Shown piece by piece: positions 61,644 through 64,000 of a stretch of DNA of 64,000 nt (position 1 is the stretch's first letter; each line of letters starts with the position of its first letter). Both the position numbers and the translations under genes were made by a program. Under the pieces are notes generated by a model. It searched no databases and was not told where the DNA came from. It worked only from the letters and a program-made list of their open reading frames with translations. This DNA is from Hyphomicrobiales bacterium (lineage in GTDB: Bacteria; Pseudomonadota; Alphaproteobacteria; Rhizobiales; JAKPQE01), in NCBI GenBank assembly GCA_041397845.1, contig JAWKVW010000004.1, positions 12,104 to 76,103 of the forward strand, written 5' to 3'.

Positions 61644-62597
61644 ATGACGCACGTTACATTCATTCACGGTATCGCGAACAAGCCTTCCAGCGCCGAGACG
61701 CTGCGGGTCTGGAAAGCGGCTCTTGCCAAGGCGGCCGTGCCGATCGATCTCGGCGCCGAGGGGATCAGCTCGGAGATGGTCTATTGGGCGGACGTTCTTT
61801 ACGAGGCGCCGCTGCCGGACGGCTCCTACGAGGCGGCCGGGGAGGACATCCTCGTCGAGGCCGGCGAAGGGGCCGGCGAGCGGGTCGGAACGCCGGACGC
61901 CGACAACGCCACCGAGGCGGCCTGGATCGCGGCTCTCGAACAACGGCTCGGCCTTGAAGCGGGCGAGGCTGGCGAGATGCGCATCGCCGAGGCGCCGGCG
62001 GAAGGGACGCTCTCGGCCGAGCTCGAACGCATTCCGCTGCCGGGCCCCGTCAAGGACAAGCTGCTGAAGATCTTCCTGCGCGATGTGCACCACTACCTCT
62101 TCAATGCGACCCACTCGCCGCGGCCGGGCGTGACCTACAAGGTTCAGGACGAAATCCGCACCCGGTTCGTTGCAGCGCTCCAGCGCGGCGCGGCCAAGGG
62201 CGGACGGCATGTGGTCATCTCGCATTCGATGGGCACGGTGATCGCCTATGACTGCCTGAAGCGTGTCGCCGGTTGTCCGCGCGTCGACGCGTTCATGACG
62301 ATTGCGAGCCCGCTCGGCATCGACGAGGTGCAGGACCGGCTGCGGCCGGAGTGGACGCGAGACGACGGCTTTCCGTCGGCAACGGTTGCCGGCGACTGGC
62401 TCAACTATTTCGACAAGCTCGACCCGGTGCCGCGGCTCGATCCCTATCTTGCCAACGACTTCCGCCGGGCCTCTAAGATGGTCGTCGAGGACGCCTCACA
62501 GTCGAATTCCGGCCTGTGGCGACACAGCATCACGAAATACCTGGCGGGCAAGCCGGTGAGCGCGGCGATCTCCCGGCTGCTTGGCATCACGGTGTAA
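61644..62597 (+). CDS. Alpha/beta hydrolase-fold protein (lipase-like SHSMG nucleophile elbow), family unknown
   Basis: VTFIHGIANKP (oxyanion region), HVVISHSMGTVIAYDCL (Ser), YFDKLDPVP (Asp) and GLWRHSITKY (His) in Ser-Asp-His order. An AT-rich promoter region lies upstream. Confidence 0.75.
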   Translation: MTHVTFIHGIANKPSSAETLRVWKAALAKAAVPIDLGAEGISSEMVYWADVLYEAPLPDGSYEAAGEDILVEAGEGAGERVGTPDADNATEAAWIAALEQRLGLEAGEAGEMRIAEAPAEGTLSAELERIPLPGPVKDKLLKIFLRDVHHYLFNATHSPRPGVTYKVQDEIRTRFVAALQRGAAKGGRHVVISHSMGTVIAYDCLKRVAGCPRVDAFMTIASPLGIDEVQDRLRPEWTRDDGFPSATVAGDWLNYFDKLDPVPRLDPYLANDFRRASKMVVEDASQSNSGLWRHSITKYLAGKPVSAAISRLLGITV

Positions 62598-62601
62598 TCC
62601 G

Positions 62602-63999
62602 GTGAGCGCTGCGAGGATCGACCTTGCCGCGGCGGCCGGTGCCCTCGAGGCGGCGGCGGGAAGCGGCAATGGACGGGCAACCGAGAGCGCGGCGCGACGC
62701 TTCGTCGGGGCGCTGCGCGCGAGCCCCGGGCCAATCGACCCGCCGGCGGCGCGGCGTGTCCTTGCGGCGCTGCGGAGTGCCGGGCGCTATCGGCAGCTTC
62801 GTCTCATCGCACGGGCGATCATCGACGATGGCTGTGACGACCCGCAGGTCTATCGCCAATATGCCGAGGCCGTGACGCATGTCGGGCGGCCGGCCGAACC
62901 CGACGCGGCAAAACGGCGGCGCGTTGCCGCCCCCGAGCCCGGCGCCAGAACCCTTGCCCGGAAGACGGCGCGGCGGCGCGATCCGGACGGATCGTTCGAA
63001 CCCGGGCAGCTCAACGAGATCTTCGCGCCGTCGCTGCCGCACGACGACCTTTCAACGCGTTTCGATCTGCCGGAACCGTCAGGTGCGGACATCGACCTGC
63101 CCGACGAGGCGCCAGCGACCGCGGACGCGGAAAGCGCCGGCAGGCCGGACTGGCTGCTCGCGGTCGAGCCCGAGGTGCGCGAGAAGGCCGTGCGGGCGGC
63201 GCAGGCGACGCTCGATCGCGTCGACGCGCGGGCGCCACTCGAGCAGAGCCCCGGCGACGCGGCCGAGGCGGGCGAGGCACTTCTCCTCATCGGCGACACG
63301 GAAGCGGCGATTGCGCGATATCGCCAGCTCACCACGCACGCGGCGCTCGACGCGCCGATGCTCGGCGCGACGGTCGGCGACCTTGCCGACATCTGGAGGC
63401 TCGGCGAAACCGAGACCGGCAACGCGCTCATCGCGCCGATGAAGGCGCGGCTGCTCGACCTGCCGGGCGGACAGATCTCGGCGAGTCCGCCGGAACTGAA
63501 GCGGATGGCGGCGGTCGAGCCTTCTGCATACGAAAAAGTGCTCGGGCCAACGGGCCCGAAGACGCACCAATGGATCATGCAGGGGTTGAGGGCGGCGCGC
63601 TCGGTGGCGCTCATCCGGCAGAACGGGCGCGGCATCGGCACCGGCTTCGTGGTGCGTGGCGGCGACCTCAAGGACGATTTCGGCGACGAACTCCTCGTGC
63701 TCACCAACGCGCATGTGGTGAGCGATCCGCCGGACGAGGACGCGGCAACACCGGACGAGGCCAGCGTCACGTTCGAGCTGCTTTCGGACGAGGGCGAGGA
63801 TGCCGGCCCGCATGCCGTTGCCGGCGTCCTCTGGCAGTCGCCGCGCGCGCAGCATGACGCCGCGCTCCTCCGCCTCGATCCGCCGGTGCCGGCTGCGCTC
63901 GCGCCGCTGACGCTGGCGCCGCGCCTGCCGCTGCTCTCGGCGGAGGAGCCGCAGCGCGTCTATATCATCGGCCATCCCGGCGGCGGCGAGCTCTCCTAT
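62602..63999 (+). CDS. Multidomain protein ending in a trypsin-like (S1/Trypsin_2) serine protease domain; 3' end outside window
   Basis: Not in the ORF track because no stop lies in the window. I translated codon by codon from GTG 62602 (5 nt after the upstream stop) to 63999 and found no stop, with high GC3. The C-terminus reads GIGTGFVVRGGDL...LLVLTNAHVV...HDAALLRLD...VYIIGHPGGGEL (His and Asp of the triad); the Ser would lie beyond the window. The N-terminal ~330 aa is helical or low-complexity. Confidence 0.7.
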   Translation, partial: MSAARIDLAAAAGALEAAAGSGNGRATESAARRFVGALRASPGPIDPPAARRVLAALRSAGRYRQLRLIARAIIDDGCDDPQVYRQYAEAVTHVGRPAEPDAAKRRRVAAPEPGARTLARKTARRRDPDGSFEPGQLNEIFAPSLPHDDLSTRFDLPEPSGADIDLPDEAPATADAESAGRPDWLLAVEPEVREKAVRAAQATLDRVDARAPLEQSPGDAAEAGEALLLIGDTEAAIARYRQLTTHAALDAPMLGATVGDLADIWRLGETETGNALIAPMKARLLDLPGGQISASPPELKRMAAVEPSAYEKVLGPTGPKTHQWIMQGLRAARSVALIRQNGRGIGTGFVVRGGDLKDDFGDELLVLTNAHVVSDPPDEDAATPDEASVTFELLSDEGEDAGPHAVAGVLWQSPRAQHDAALLRLDPPVPAALAPLTLAPRLPLLSAEEPQRVYIIGHPGGGELSY

Positions 64000-64000
64000 T

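Overview
GC-rich chromosomal segment (about two-thirds G+C by eye, not computed). Gene content and order look alphaproteobacterial, Rhizobiales-like. Roughly the first 31 kb is core housekeeping: rsmA 3' end, rplI-rpsR-rpsF, fabD-fabG-acpP-fabF-mltG, yicC-gmk, dnaB-alr-radA-cvpA-purF, panB and yfgM-like-bamB-der. The rest alternates core genes (cysQ, guaA, rsmB, irr) with accessory patches. (1) A ~1 kb array of stem-loop-rich mosaic repeats lies at 18.5-19.5 kb, with an inverted copy of the same family at 52.3-52.7 kb. (2) A secreted protein joins a serine-less ACP-like domain to a DUF900 hydrolase. (3) A cysQ + pseudo-CysN::CysC pair sits next to an XRE-cupin regulator and an FkbM methyltransferase. 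(4) A ~12.4 kb aromatic-acid block at 35.7-48.1 kb carries benABCD-like genes, a LivJHMGF-type ABC importer, hemerythrin, a GYD protein and a XylR/DmpR-type sigma-54 activator. It has a near-consensus -24/-12 promoter upstream of benA and is bracketed by two paralogous 141-aa L,D-transpeptidase genes. (5) An ArsR::SRPBCC - dehalogenase-like - unknown operon has a palindromic operator. (6) irr is followed by a near-consensus Irr box (ICE) in front of rubrerythrin - HdrD/GlpC-like Fe-S protein - DUF3501. (7) At the right edge, an alpha/beta hydrolase gene is translationally coupled to a long GTG-initiated ORF that ends in a trypsin-like protease domain and runs off the window; this ORF is absent from the supplied ORF track. 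I recognised no rRNA, tRNA, CRISPR array, transposase or integrase. Many long Arg/Pro/Ala-rich ORFs in the track are antisense or off-frame shadows typical of high-GC DNA. All family assignments rest on motif recognition and recalled homology; no database search was run.
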